A DNA stretch of 63,985 nt, the filler included, from Neoconidiobolus thromboides FSU 785 (lineage: Eukaryota; Fungi; Entomophthoromycota): NCBI GenBank assembly GCA_025603075.1. It is 6 parts of 6 records of this genome, joined end to end, with 100 filler letters (N's around TTAATTAATTAA, not from the genome) between each part and the next. Parts side by side here need not be neighbours in the genome. Positions count along the whole stretch, not along the records: positions 32,328 to 57,946 come from MU626498.1; 5 more parts are not named here. One strand, 5' to 3'. The notes below the pieces were generated by a model that was given only the letters and a program-made list of their open reading frames with translations, ran no database searches and had not been told where the DNA came from. Of the stretch, positions 39,226 through 52,554 are shown piece after piece. The position numbers and the translations under genes were made by a program. Each line of letters starts with the position of its first letter. Within the stretch, counting starts at the first letter, position 1.

Positions 39226-41137
39226 ATGAGGTGAATAGTAATATCGATTTAATTTATTAATACTAATTTATTAAGTGATCCATCAATAAAAAAGGAGAAC
39301 TTAGAGCTTAATCTGCACCCCCAATATGATCAAGAAGAAGTACAAATAATAAATGAGAAGTTAGCCCGACAGTTAGAGCCTACCGAGATCAGCCATCGAA
39401 CAGCTTTTGGCGGAAGTAATAATATTAAGATAAAAAATATTAGAATATAAATAAGTAAACATAACTAGGTAGAGTAGCTTATCTTGAGGGTTGGAAATCA
39501 ATTGAAATAGCAAATGAAATATTTGGGTTTAATGGCTGGAGTAGTGAAATTAAGGATTTTGTTGTTGATTTTGTAATTTAATTTTATGTTAAGTAAATTT
39601 TAAATTAAATATTGTAGCTTGATGTCGCTGATGGAAAATGGAGTGTTGGAGTCACTGCCCATATAAGAGTTGTAACAAGAGATGGTTCGTTTCATGAGGT
39701 ATATAAAATACAATTCTTAAAACTTTACCTCAAGCTATTTAGGATGTTGGATATGGCACTATGGAAAATGCTAAGTCTAAAGGACAAGCTTTTGAAAAGG
39801 TTTGTTCAATTTCATCAAATTAAAAATTAATTAATTCCGTAATAATAAAGGCCAGAAAAGAAGCAGTTACGGATGGAGTAAAAAGAGCATTAAGATATTT
39901 TGGTAATGCTTTAGGTAATTGCTTATACGATAAAAAATTCCTTGCTTCAGCGAAAAAAGTAAAGCTATATATAGTAATCAATTATTGCATTGCTAATTGT
40001 CATCTTTAGCCCCCAACAATAATAAACAATCCAGCCAATTCGTTTAACCCAAGTTTGGGAAACGGTATATACAATAACCAAAATATTAACATAAACCATA
40101 ACAAAAGAAGTTTTCCAAGCCAAGCTTTGAGTAATAATAATATAAGAATGGGAATAGAATCTAATTCTAACAATATAAACATAACACCTAGGTAATAAAT
40201 TTAATAATATAACTTGCTACAATATTAACTTGTTGTAGCCCAACTACTACAACTTATAAACCTTCATACTTAACTAAAAAGTAATATTATAAATAGAACG
40301 AATATTAGTTTAATTATTTTGTTTTAGTAACCATCCAAATAACACTAATAATACTATAAATTTAACCCCAAGGTTTGGTTTATTATGTTATAGTTTAAAG
40401 TATCCTAACCTTATTTTTCAGCACAAATAACCAAACCAATAATAGTAATAATAATAACAATATCAGAAGCTTCAACTGCACAAATCCAAACCAGGGGATG
40501 GCTAACCTTGATTTGAATAATACTACCAGAAGCTATAGTACTTCAAACTTAAACCAAGGAAAAGCTAATTCCAGTTCAAATAACACTACCAGAAACCTCA
40601 ATGCTCTAAATCCAAGTCGAGGAGTAACTAATGCTAACTTAAATAACAACAAGAGCTTAAATGCTAATAGTCCAAATCAAAAGATAACTAACTCTAATTC
40701 AAATAGCAATATGAGTTTCACCCAAGAAGGTTCTAATAATAGTAGCTCCACTACTTTTCAAAGTTTCGGTATAATCAATTTACAATTATAAAATAAGCTT
40801 ATATTTTTTTAGACGTACTAAGCCAAGATACTTCTTTTGATGTACCTGATTGTAAGAAGTAATCATAAATGTATAACATTACTAAAACATTATAGTCCTT
40901 CTGAGAGCTACTGATAGTGTAAATAGAATCGATCCTAGAGGAATTGAAATTAAGAAAGAAACTATGGCTAATAGTATGAACGTCGATCATCATTCAGAGC
41001 AGTTTAACTTCAATGCTTTTGCTAATAATATACATAGCATCAATTCAATGAAGATTGATAAACCTAATAACTCTTCCCCAGCCAAAAGAAATCATCGACC
41101 AAACGACCTCAACCAAAAAAGGTTCCGTGATAACTAG
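39226..41137 (+). CDS. RAD52: DNA repair protein Rad52 (multi-exon), Asn-rich C-terminus
   Basis: Spliced exons give [55 protein letters not shown]. Confidence 0.9.
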
Positions 41138-41426
41138 GATTTGCCATTTGTGTTAAAAGATTTTGAGCATGATTATGTTTATTTTTTCATGCTTTTTAAA
41201 ATAGTAGACCATTAATAAATTATTTAAAAAGAATAAAATATTTGCTTGAATTAAGTGTAAAAATTTTATCTTTTAAGTAAACTATTAAACTTTATCTACT
41301 CTTGTAAATAGCAAAAAATAGTTAATGAAATTTAAAAAATTAAACCATGCAAAAGTTTTTATATTTATACCAATCAATTTCTATTTCTATAAACTGTTAA
41401 AGCACTAGAGTATCATCTGAGTGTTG

Positions 41427-41484
41427 GTCTAATAATAATATAATAATAACAATAATAACAATAATAACAATAATAACAATAATA
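41427..41484. repeat. (AATAATAAC)n/(AAT)n microsatellite between RAD52 and NOP15
   Basis: Visible tandem units. Confidence 0.8.
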
Positions 41485-41565
41485 TTATATAGCAGTATTA
41501 TTTTTATTCTATCTCAGCAATGAAAAAATCAAAATGTAGTTTGTAATAGCAATATTAATCGAAAT

Positions 41566-43144
41566 CTAAACTTTTGATTTTGGAAGTGGTTTCTTTTTAG
41601 CAGCAACAGCCTTCTTGGTACCATTCTTTTTAGCACCAGCCTTTTTAGCTACAACTGGAGCTTTTTTAACTGAAACAGCCTCTTTTTCAGCTTCAACTGC
41701 TGGAGCAACCTCTTTTTTAGCTGCTTTTTCAGCTTTATTACCACGAGTCGTTTTTCCAACCCCCTTAAAGTCATAATCGATTCCCATAGCTTTGAGTACT
41801 TTCCTCTTTTGTTTTTCTTTTAGAATAAGACGATCGGATCGTCTATGTACTTGCACTTCCGTTTTTGGTTTTTTAAGTAAATTACGTTGTCTTCCTACAT
41901 TACCTGAAAGTTTAATTGGTTGACCTGCACCCCAAAATAAGCTTGGGTGTACCTTTTCTTTAGGAACTAATTTACCTATAAAATATTATAAATATCAACT
42001 TTCATAACTTATAAACTATATTACATCTAAGTAAACGGCCTGATAATAAATAATTGTCCATAGTTTCAACAACTACTTCAGCTACTTCACGGAACTTATA
42101 CTCAATAAAAGCATAATGTCTGGATTTTCCGGTCTATGAACCAAATTCAGTATAAATGGAAAAATTGAAAAATCAGCTTACCTTTTTATTACGGGACATA
42201 CGAAGATTAGTTATAGTTCCGAATTGGCTAAAATAACCCTTAATTTCTTTTTCTTCAAACCCTTTTGGAATATGTCCAAGGTAAACAACGCCATATTCAT
42301 TATTATTATCCTTAATCAATAAATAATTGGTAACTTAATAAATTTTAAAATAAAATACCTTTTGGCTGTTAATTAAGTTCAACTTGTTTTTCATCTCTTT
42401 ACCAATTTGTTTACTAAAATGATCAGCTTCTTGTGCTTTGGTTTTTGTTGACTTGATATCCTCAGTCTCAACTTCTTCTTCATCACTATCTAACTCTTGG
42501 GCTAACTCTTCAACTTGTACATCATCTATTAAAAAGTCAATATTGATAAAAAAAGTATTTTATCAACAGGTTACCTTCTTCTTCTTCTTCGTCACTCGAG
42601 TCCCCAGGTAAGCTATCTTTAGCTTCTTTTTGAGCTGAACGTTTTGTACCAGCTTTAGCTTTAGGAGCTGGCTTTTTAGCTTGGGTTTCTTCCTCACTCT
42701 TGGTTTCAGTAGCTACCTTATTATTACCCTTTTTTTTTGATACAGGTTCAGCAGCTACTTTTTTGTTAGCTGGCTTTTTTTCTACAACCTCCTTTTTAGG
42801 TTCAGCCTTAGATTTTTCTTCTTGGACTTTAGTTTCTTTAACTTCTTTCTTAGCTGGTTCAACTTTAGCGTTATTCTTTTTGGGTGCAGGTTTAGATTTT
42901 AAGGCAACTTCAGATTTTTTGTCTTGGGCTTTGGCTTCCTTGACTTCTTTCTCGGCTGACTCAGCTTTAGCAGTAGCCTTTTTGTGAGCAGTTTTAGATT
43001 TTGGGGTAGCTTCTACAGGAGCAGCAGCTTTTTGGGCAGCCCCTCTCTTAGGCACAACTCTCTTTTCAGGGGTAGCTAAAGTTTGTATTAGAATTTGTAT
43101 ATCGGATTGTTATTCTGCTTACTTTTTTTATTGGAAGCAACCAT
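41566..43144 (-). CDS. NOP15: Nucleolar RRM protein Nop15/NIFK-like with Lys/Glu/Ala-rich N-terminus
   Basis: GVVYLGHIPKGFEEKEIKGYFSQFG..SRNKKTGKSRHYAFIEY..VVETMDNYLLSGR. Confidence 0.82.
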
Positions 43145-43600
43145 TTTTTTATATTCTTAGTTAAGAAGTGGTTTTACTTTTGTATAAAAAGTTTTTAAGT
43201 AGTTGGAGTTATTTGATGGGAATAAAATCAAATTTTGAAATGTTTTTTTTAAAAATAGCGCAAAATTTGTGTTTTTGAAACTAAAATATTTTTGTTAATA
43301 TTTTAGATGTAAATATAGTTTTATTTAATAGTATAATTAATAATATAAAGATACTTATGTTTAATCTATTAATAAAAGTTCAAGTATATTAAGCTCATTA
43401 TTTACTAGAAAGATACATTTTAAATTAAGAGCACAGCACACATTTGTTAGTTTTGCTTTGTTCTAAACCCGGTTTTTTATTAAATTGATTAAAACAAAAT
43501 AAAACAAGTTATAAAATATTTATTAATATTTTATTTGTAATAGTTTTTTTAGAAACTGAATTTTAAAATATTATTTATTTTAAATTGGAGTATTTAAAGT

Positions 43601-45085
43601 CTATCCAATTTATCCTAACAAATTTATAAGTAAATATAAGAGTACAGTATATAAGATAATATTACCAAAGCACGAACACCTTGCTCTTCCCATTCAGCTT
43701 TAGAAACCCAAGCATTTGGATGACTTTCTAAAATTTTAGCCAAAACAGCACCCCCTAAGAATACCATATGTTTACGTGATGGTGGATCATCAATATTAAC
43801 TTTAAATTTCTATTTTTATAAATTAACTTTAAATAATAAAAATATTATTAAACTTACATCAAGGCGAGAAGGATCTCCGTTTAAGATTTTAGTAAGATAT
43901 AATTGTTTAAGTTCTTTTTCCAATCTCCCAGGTAATCCTGCATACATGGATGATCCTCCTGATAATACAATATGCTTATATAATTCAGAACGAATATCAA
44001 TATCAGCGTCTTGTACACATTTAAATAACAACTCTGACAAAAAATTAGATACTAAATCACGAACATTTAAATAATATTACCAGCTACACCTGGAGATTCA
44101 ACGCCAACCAATTCAGGTTGGAATAAACATTCTGGGGCTTGAAATCTTTCTGAACCAAGTTTAATAACTCTACCATCAGGGAGCTATAAAATAAATAGTT
44201 AAACAAAATAGTTAAAAATTAAAGTAAGCTTACTGTGTACTGTTCAATCAAAACAGTAGTTTCATTGGCCAATTTTTTGTCCATTTCTAAGTCATAAGAA
44301 ACATAACAAAACTTTTCCTTTATTTGTCTAACAGTTTCAAAATCGGCTGTACGATTGAAATTATAACCACGCATCTGTAATAATTCTATAAGATATCTGG
44401 TTACATCTCTACCTGCTACATCTAATCGACGAGTAAGGTGTGGTAATGAACGTCCATCATAAACTGGGATAATATGTGTAACACCATCTCCAGAATCTAC
44501 TACTACACCATTTACTAAACCTATCAATAGTTGGTTTAGTTATAGAGCTGATTTTATTCTATAAAAATACCTTGAGCATATAAAGTTAAAACAGCTTGAA
44601 TAGCAATATAAAACCCATCAAAACCATAATGTTCCAACATGGCTTCTGCCATCTTAACACGATTTTGAATAGGGTTCATTGGTGGTTCAGTCAATAAAAC
44701 TCGATGACCTTTTGGATCAATCTTTAGCTTTTCCTTAAACGTATAGTCCCATAAATGATACATATCCTCCCAGTTTCTAACAATACCATTTTCTAATGGA
44801 TAACTTAATTGTAAGATGGACCTTAACTCACTCGCTTCGGTACCTACCATAATATCTTTCACTTCATAATCCCCAACAATTTCTTCGCTTCTCAGCATTG
44901 GCCTTCCTACTACTGAAGGAAATACATGTTCTGGAAAGTTTGCTCCAGCATAACCTACTTTTGCAAACTAACATTATAATTTTAAAGTTTAATCATTTTT
45001 TCGTTTGTATAACCAGTTCAATATAACTTACCCCAGTACCATTATCTACAACTAAAACATTGGAGTTGTTTGTGTTTGAAGTCAT
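43601..45085 (-). CDS. ARP2: Actin-related protein 2 (multi-exon)
   Basis: [52 protein letters not shown]....[10 protein letters not shown]. Confidence 0.95.
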
Positions 45086-45697
45086 TTTTGATTCTAGTCA
45101 ATTGTTATTTTTTAATTGTTTTTATCTCTTATTAGCTTACTCAATTAAAGTTGTAAAAAAATTAAGATAAAATAATTTTTTTGCTGTCATCAAGAGGCAC
45201 CTAAGTGATTCCATCTTATTGGCTAGTTAGGAATGCCAAATTATTTTATGATTATTGTGTCTAGAAATTTAAATTAACAAGTTCAGTAATGAATGTTAAC
45301 TTATTGATTTTCATACCACGATAGTATTGCTTCATATTAGTTATATAGTTTATTATAATATACACCCTTTTATATTTTTATTGTTAATAATATAAATAAC
45401 ACTTTTTAAAATGAATTGAGCTCGATCTTTTTCTATTAAACTATAACTATTATAAGCTTTTGACTATTTAACTTTCACTATAGAGAGTAAAATTAGTTTA
45501 TATTATCTAAATCAAACGGCTAATAATTCCAATTAACAAAATATCACCAAATAAAAAAGGATTATGAGGATGTCTTTTCCGTTTTATTTTTGTTTATTTT
45601 TTTATTATCAAAACTTAATCAAAATATCTATGTATTCTTGAGCTTTCAAGAACGTCAAGAAAATCAAAATATTAGTGAAATATTGAAATAAACAAAT

Positions 45698-45792
45698 GAA
45701 GATGTTTTTTTAGTTTTATTACTTTTTCCATCTCTCAAGCGCTATTTGAGCGGAAAAAATTATAAAATTATTAAACGCAAAAACACAGCCCC
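45698..45792. mobile_element. Family A MITE
   Basis: AAAT|GAAGATG...CAGCCCC|AAAT. Confidence 0.82.
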
Positions 45793-45949
45793 AAATGTTC
45801 CCTATCTGTTTTTATTGTGTTAATATAAATCTAGTTAAGAAATTAAGAGATGAAAAAGATAACTTTATAAGACCAATGCTAATTTTATTTTACAATTAAA
45901 TATAAAGTTTGCTTAATACATCATCAAATAAATAAGGAATGGACATTAT

Positions 45950-46405
45950 TTATTTCCTTTCAATATTAGCGCACCCAATACGCTTTTTATCATAAGAGTG
46001 AATTACAACAGATCTCTTATTTATAAGCTCTTCGACAGTGTAGTTAGCATTATCAAAGAAAGTGTAATGCTTTGGTTCAGCATCTAATTTTTGGAATCTA
46101 CCAGCAAGATCTCCAATTTCACAAGTAGCGATATTATCTTTTCTACATTTATAAGTGGTGGAATTTCCATTTGGGTTAACATTAAAAGGGTCATAATGAA
46201 GCTTTGTTGACATGCAGTCACCTTTGACTACTAAAGCATCATGAATATGGAATGAATACTTATCTGTACTATTTTTGAAACTTTTGAAAACATCGACTTG
46301 GACCTTTACTTGATTTTTCAATTGAGTGAAAGTAAACAAGGCCTTTGCCAAATCGGAATGCACATTAGCGGTGGCTACAATGTTGCTATGGCAGCGGGAA
46401 ACCAT
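45950..46405 (-). CDS. Cu-only superoxide dismutase-like protein (SOD5 type), copy 1
   Basis: HIH, HYDP, GDL, VVIH..RIGCA; four Cys; lacks two Zn-ligand His and the electrostatic loop. Confidence 0.85.
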   Translation of the reverse strand: MVSRCHSNIVATANVHSDLAKALFTFTQLKNQVKVQVDVFKSFKNSTDKYSFHIHDALVVKGDCMSTKLHYDPFNVNPNGNSTTYKCRKDNIATCEIGDLAGRFQKLDAEPKHYTFFDNANYTVEELINKRSVVIHSYDKKRIGCANIERK

Positions 46406-47763
46406 TCTTTATTAAATTAAATTGAAGTATTTAACAGTTGTTTATATTCATTGTTTTCCCTCTTTATATACCCTTTTTTTATTGAGTGAGACATTTTGGC
46501 TTCTATTCTTTAGACTTATTAAATTTATTGATTTTCCTTAATTTTTTATTAAAGACCTTCTTTTTTTAGTAATTTTAAGCATTAAAAGGTATTAAGAACA
46601 TTTTCTACGGAAAAAAGTAGGCATGAATAAGAATAGTATAATTCAAATAAATTTAAAAATAACTCAGTCTTCTTTCTCCTTTATTGAAACTAAGGTTGAC
46701 CAATGCTTATAAAAAACTGTAACTTTATCCTATTGTTAAGACTTTTTAATTAAAGTGGAATTATTCTAACCTTATTTCCATCATAAAAGCTAGATTAATA
46801 ATATAGCTAAAAAGTCTATACTAATATAATTGACTCTTTATGCAATAACAATATCTAAGTATAGTCAACATGTAATATCAGATGCTACGTAATAGCAATA
46901 AAAGGATAGCACATTTTCTTAGTTTAAAAATGGTAGTTTTGAAATCTATTTATAATCAATAAATGAATTATTTTAATTAACATTTACTAATAAAAGGTAA
47001 GTGATAATTCTTTAATTTTAAAAAAATCAAATAGTACCATATGTTATCAAAAGCAGTCATGATTGCTTTTAATTAGCTACACTGATATTTTTGAAATGAT
47101 TCTATTAAAGTGCTATTTAAGTAAAAGCCTATATTACTAATAGAGTTTCTATACTGCTTGGAATTAGGTACATATTAGATAGACCTAAGATGTAAAAATT
47201 TATTATTTACCAACAAATTTGAGGAGATTTTAAAATACTGAAATGTAAGTGCAATCAATAATAGCACTATAAATATGATATTAATGTATAATAAGTACAT
47301 TGAATAAGGATGTTTAAAAAATGATACTAAAAATCTAATATTAGGTGAAAGAACCTTAATTTTTTAATTTCTTTAAAATAACATGTATTCTGGTAGAATT
47401 TAAACTTATTAAATTTTATTTAAAAAACTCCTATCAATTTAAATTTATACATTGATATATATATTAATTGGCGAAAAATTGGTATTGAGAATCACTTTAT
47501 TAATTTCATACCACGATGCTTATCAAAGGTGATATTTTTTATATTAACAAACATTTTCTCTGCATGAAATAAAGACCATCTGACGGTCAAATTAACTTAC
47601 ACTATTTTACACATCATTAAATTTTATGATACGTATAAAAGCTGCCATGTGTTCGTTATTGATCAAGAAGTATTAGGCTCGAGTATGGAAAAATAAAAGC
47701 ATAAATTACTACAATCTCGATAGAATTAAGATATAACAATTTAATATTTTAAAAGTCTTACGT

Positions 47764-47859
47764 GAGGATATATTTTTGTGCTTAAGAATTTTACTAACAA
47801 ATTTTCTGCTTAAATAGCGCTTAAAAAATGGAAAAAATAATGAAGTTAAAAATACTCCC
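47764..47859. mobile_element. Family A MITE
   Basis: GAGGATA..aaatagcgcttaa..ACTCCC; TSD not preserved. Confidence 0.75.
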
Positions 47860-48158
47860 ATCATATAGAGTGAAATACACTAATATTAAGATCAAATTAA
47901 TCTTTATTTAAGTAAAGAACGGGTTTATACTATTTCCTAATTATTTGTCTTTTTGTTAAGGTCCTATTATAATTACTTAGGTTTTTTATATTATTAGGCA
48001 ATATATTGTAAGCATTTGAATATTTTGATTTAAAGTGAATTTATAAAGATTAATTTTATTCAACTGGTTAATAATCAACTGCATGCATAAATTTTCGAAA
48101 AATAATCTTAAAATAATCCCTAAAATTAAAAATCATTGTCTCTTTTTTTGTTTTCAAA

Positions 48159-49273
48159 ATGAGTTCAAATAACAACGAGCAGAATTTAGAAGAGTACGGC
48201 AAAAAATTTCAAATTATTTGTTTGATAGATAAAAATGAAACTGAAGCCATCAAATTGATAAATGAGTTCCCAGAATTAGTATGGTATAGAGATCCTGAAA
48301 CCGAAGACTCCCCATTACATTGGGCTGCTAAGCTTGGTAGTAAAAAAGTGGTTAGGTAACTAATTTTACAACCAAAAGTATTAAAATTAAAAAAATAAGA
48401 ACTTTATTAGATAACCGCCACCCATGGAATGTATTGAACAAAGCTGGTAACTCTGCTGGTGAAGTGTGTCAAAATGAAGGTCATGAAGATATTTATAAAG
48501 AGATCCTTGATGAAGGAGTAAGAGCAGAGTTAATTTTGGGAATTTTAGACGAAGTTCAAGGTGAAGAAAACGCTATTCCAAACGATGAGTATTTGAAATT
48601 GCCGCTAAAATTTTCTTCCGACAAGATCTTAGATTATGAAGATAACGGTGTCATGATGGGATGGGAGGGACCTCTTATGGAAGAGCATGCCAAAGTAATT
48701 GCACCTAAAAAAGGGCTGAACGTTTTGAATATTGGTAAAAGAATTTGTTTTTCAATATGATGAATATTTAATATAAGTTTAGGCTTTGGCTTAGGGTTAA
48801 TAGATTCTGAGTTACAAAAATTAGAGCCAAAAAACCATACTATTGTAGAAGCACATCCAGACGTATATAAGCAAATGATATCACTAGGATGGGATCAAAA
48901 ACCAGGGGTAAGAATTATTTTTGGAAGATGGCAAGATAAAAAGGATGAAATCTGTAACCAGTTATATGATGGAATCTTCTTTGATACTTTTGGAGAATAT
49001 TATAAAGATTTAAAACAGTTTCATGAGATTATACCAAATGTTTTAGCTGAAGATGGAGTCTATTCCTTCTTTAATGGTTTAGGTGGGGATGTAAAATTGT
49101 TCCATGACGTTTATTGCCAGATTGCTCAACTACATTTATTGGACATGGGTATTGAAACCGAATATGTAGAAATTGATATGGATCCAGATTCCAATAAGAT
49201 TTGGGATGGAGTTAAAAGACGTTACTGGCAATTGAAAAAATATTACTTACCTATTTGTAAATTTCAAAACTAA
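48159..49273 (+). CDS. RMT2: Protein arginine N-methyltransferase 2 with ankyrin repeat (3 exons)
   Basis: SPLHWAA ankyrin; VMMGWEGPLM; VLNIGFGLG; YDGIFFDTFGEYY; WDGVKRRYW. Confidence 0.92.
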
Positions 49274-49995
49274 AGTCACTTAACATAAACTTATAGAGAA
49301 TAAATTCATGCTTTTGTTAACTATTTTTAAATTCATAACCTTGCTTTCCTTTTGTCAAAAACATTTAAGTTTATTTAACAACTAAAATGATAGTAATCAC
49401 CTGAGTAGTAGTTGATTTTATATTGAAATTACAACCGAAAATGTCAAAATGCTATGACATGTAGTAATATTAAACTTATAAATGTCGATTAAACTATGCT
49501 ATGAAGAAATTGACCTGGTAATAAATTACACAACAAAGATTACAATCAAAAAAATCAAGTACCTAATTTAGATTATTTTTATTTAGTGAAGACACTTTTT
49601 AAAAAATAGTTTAAAGATAAAAGAAATTAACCAATAAAAACAGTTTAGAGTATATATCAATATACTCTTTCTATTATCATTAAAAGCTTACATTACACAA
49701 TAAAAAAATAGTACAAAGTTCTATTTTCCAGAAATTAATTTTTAAAACTAACTATTAGTTAAAGATTAAACTTTTTAATTACTTTAATATACGTTTTTTT
49801 AAATAAAACTTAACAAATATATTTCTAAGTCTTACTTGTCATTTTTATTTCATAAGTTCATTATATTACTTTTATATTTTAAATAATACATATGTAAATT
49901 TGAATTTTTAAATTTATGGCTTTTTAAAAGCTTAAAAATAAACTTTTTTATTAGCTAATTATACATTATAATTTTAAATTAATTAATAAACATAT

Positions 49996-50092
49996 GGGGA
50001 TGCATCTTTGTGTTTAAGGATTTTACTAGCAATTTTTCCGCTCAAATAGTGCTTAAAGATGGAAAAAGTAGTAAAGGCAAAAAAACACTCCC
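49996..50092. mobile_element. Family A MITE
   Basis: ATAT|GGGGATG...CACTCCC|ATAC. Confidence 0.85.
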
Positions 50093-50245
50093 ATACATAA
50101 TTATATTATAGTCATTTTCTTTTAACTTTTATTATTAAAATAAAAACTTTTTAAATATAGGTAGGTATAAACTAATAGTAATTTTTTTAATCAAGTTGAT
50201 ATTAGATCAAAGATCCTAATCTTAGTAATTCTTTCAAAATTATAT

Positions 50246-50344
50246 GAGGATGTATTTTTGTATCCAAGATTTTTACTGACAATTTTTCCACTTGAATAGC
50301 GCTTAAAAGATGGAAAAAGTAATGAAGCCAAAAAAAACACCCCC
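50246..50344. mobile_element. Family A MITE
   Basis: ATAT|GAGGATG...CACCCCC|ATAT. Confidence 0.88.
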
Positions 50345-50770
50345 ATATCTAGACTTTTTTTACTATAATTTTAAAACTACCTCCAATATCTAAAAACAAC
50401 TTATAACTTGACATCATATTCTATCATGTAGTCTTAAACAATAAGAAAGTGAGAACTACAGTGGTTTATTTTATTATCATTAATTCTAAATCACACAAAA
50501 AAAGATTAAAAACTGGCAAGTTTATTTGTAGTATTGCTTGTTAAGTTTAGATTATAGTAAAAAGTCATTAAACCATTTCACTTTCAATGCAACTTTTAAA
50601 TATCTTATTATTTGTTCTGATGCTGTAGTTATCATTTTAATATATCATCTTATTATTTAATATATGTCATTATTATGTAGGATATATAATCATATAAAAA
50701 TCATTTGCAATCAAAATTGAAGATAAACTAAAAATACATTTTATTCAATATACATTCTAAAGTCTAAAAT

Positions 50771-51586
50771 TTAAGGTCTGAAGTCGGCCTTGGCTTTGAC
50801 AACTTTAGCCTTTAAATATTCAAGTTCATTTTGGAGTTTGACGGTTTTAGTATAATCGGTATTAAGAGTAACAAAAGCAACATTACAATCTTGGATTAAA
50901 ATATCAAAATCTAAGTAAGAATGGGCTTTAGCTAATCGATCATTAAAGTTGACTTTCTTGGTAATATCATCTGATTTATCTCCATTGTTACCACCATTAT
51001 TACCACCATTGTTACCCCCAGAAGGAGGGTGAGTTTTAGCAAACTCTTCTTGAGCTACCTTGATTCTGTTTTGGACTGAAATCCATTCGGAATTGAGCTC
51101 ATTAAGTCTGTTTTGGTCGGCATTTAAGAGTTCATTATAAGCGGTACTGCAAGAGGCTAAAATAGGATCAAAATCTTCTCTCTTTTGAACAGTTGAGATT
51201 TTAGCTTCCATATTACAACGTTGTACAATAGTTTGACCAGGTTTAGGTGGGTTAACACCACCATTACCATTAGTTGGATGGGTTAAGAAATAATTATCTT
51301 TATATTTAGCAAAGTTTTCCTTGATGGCAACAATTTCATTTTGTAAAGCGATAGCATTTTGTTGGGATGGGTCTCTGTTTAAAAGGGTGCTGTAAGCATT
51401 ATTACAATCATCCATGATGCTTGAGAAAGCTTGTTCAGTAGTAGCTTGGGGCAACCTTGATTCATATTTACATTCAACAGCAATAGCTCCGAATGCTCTT
51501 CTAGCTAAGTGAGCATTAGAAGAGATAGTATAGGCAGAAGTGCTAGCAATAGCAAGTAATGAGAGTAATGAATAAGAGAATTGCAT
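50771..51586 (-). CDS. Secreted protein with three ~65 aa helical repeats, unknown function
   Basis: Signal peptide MQFSYSLLSLLAIASTSA, pro-segment ending ARR, repeats with DF..I..DC..A...L, Gly/Asn/Pro linkers; intronless. Confidence 0.8.
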   Translation of the reverse strand: MQFSYSLLSLLAIASTSAYTISSNAHLARRAFGAIAVECKYESRLPQATTEQAFSSIMDDCNNAYSTLLNRDPSQQNAIALQNEIVAIKENFAKYKDNYFLTHPTNGNGGVNPPKPGQTIVQRCNMEAKISTVQKREDFDPILASCSTAYNELLNADQNRLNELNSEWISVQNRIKVAQEEFAKTHPPSGGNNGGNNGGNNGDKSDDITKKVNFNDRLAKAHSYLDFDILIQDCNVAFVTLNTDYTKTVKLQNELEYLKAKVVKAKADFRP

Positions 51587-52554
51587 TATCGTTATTGTTG
51601 TAGATTAAATTTAATATCGGGTTACGTTGATTTTTTCAATGTATTTATACTATTTTTTTAAATTGTAGTTTATAGAATAATAAATATAAATATCTATTTT
51701 TGCTTTATGATTTATTTATAGATAATTATTCAATTATTCCGTTTCGTCAAGTCTTAAGTTGTTCTCTTAAAAACTTAATAAAAGCGCATCGCTAAGGCAC
51801 CGCCACCAAGAAATTTGATACTTTTCATGCTATTATAATTAAATGAATGTAGAAGTAATTAGATGGATAAACTAGATACTATTTTATGTAAAAATAATAA
51901 TATTTACTAGTAAAATTAAATTTAATAATCTATTTTTAGTAAATAATAATTTATGTAATCAAATGTCACTCTTTATTCTACACTTTACGCCTATATTTAT
52001 AGCATTTTATACTTTAATAAAATTTTATAAAAATAAACATCAAATTGCAAATTAATAAATGTCTCTAATATAATTGTTAAATTAATATGAATCAGAAAAC
52101 TATATTTATAGTATAATGGTAATAATAAAATCATGTTTTATTTTTATTTGTCAAGGACAAGGGTGCTTCAATTTAAAAATATGTTTTTGTATTATTTTTA
52201 ACATCAAATAAATAGCTAGTATGATATTTCATTCCAACTGAACATTGGAATAACATTGTAACATGGGATCATAATACTTTTTATATACACTATTCTTTTG
52301 ATAGCTCAACTTTGATAAAAATCAATAGAAATTAATAAACTTTTATCAACTCACTCCCTTTGTAGTAGTTATAAAAACCTCAACATAGTTAAAATACTCA
52401 ATATTTTTAAATAAATTCGAATTAACTTGTAAGTGATTTTACTTGACAAAATTAAAGTTGTAATAGAAAGCTTTTATAAAAATAACAAAGTTAAAGTCGA
52501 TATATTTTTTAAAATTTATTATTATTATTATGTAAAATAGAAATGCAGTTTAAA

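Noticed and set aside
42700-42987. Hydrophobic 95 aa ORF
   Set aside because: Antisense of the Lys/Glu/Ala-rich NOP15 exon. Likewise 27835-28116, 28639-28875, 15875-16084 and 37659-37913 are antisense to other genes.
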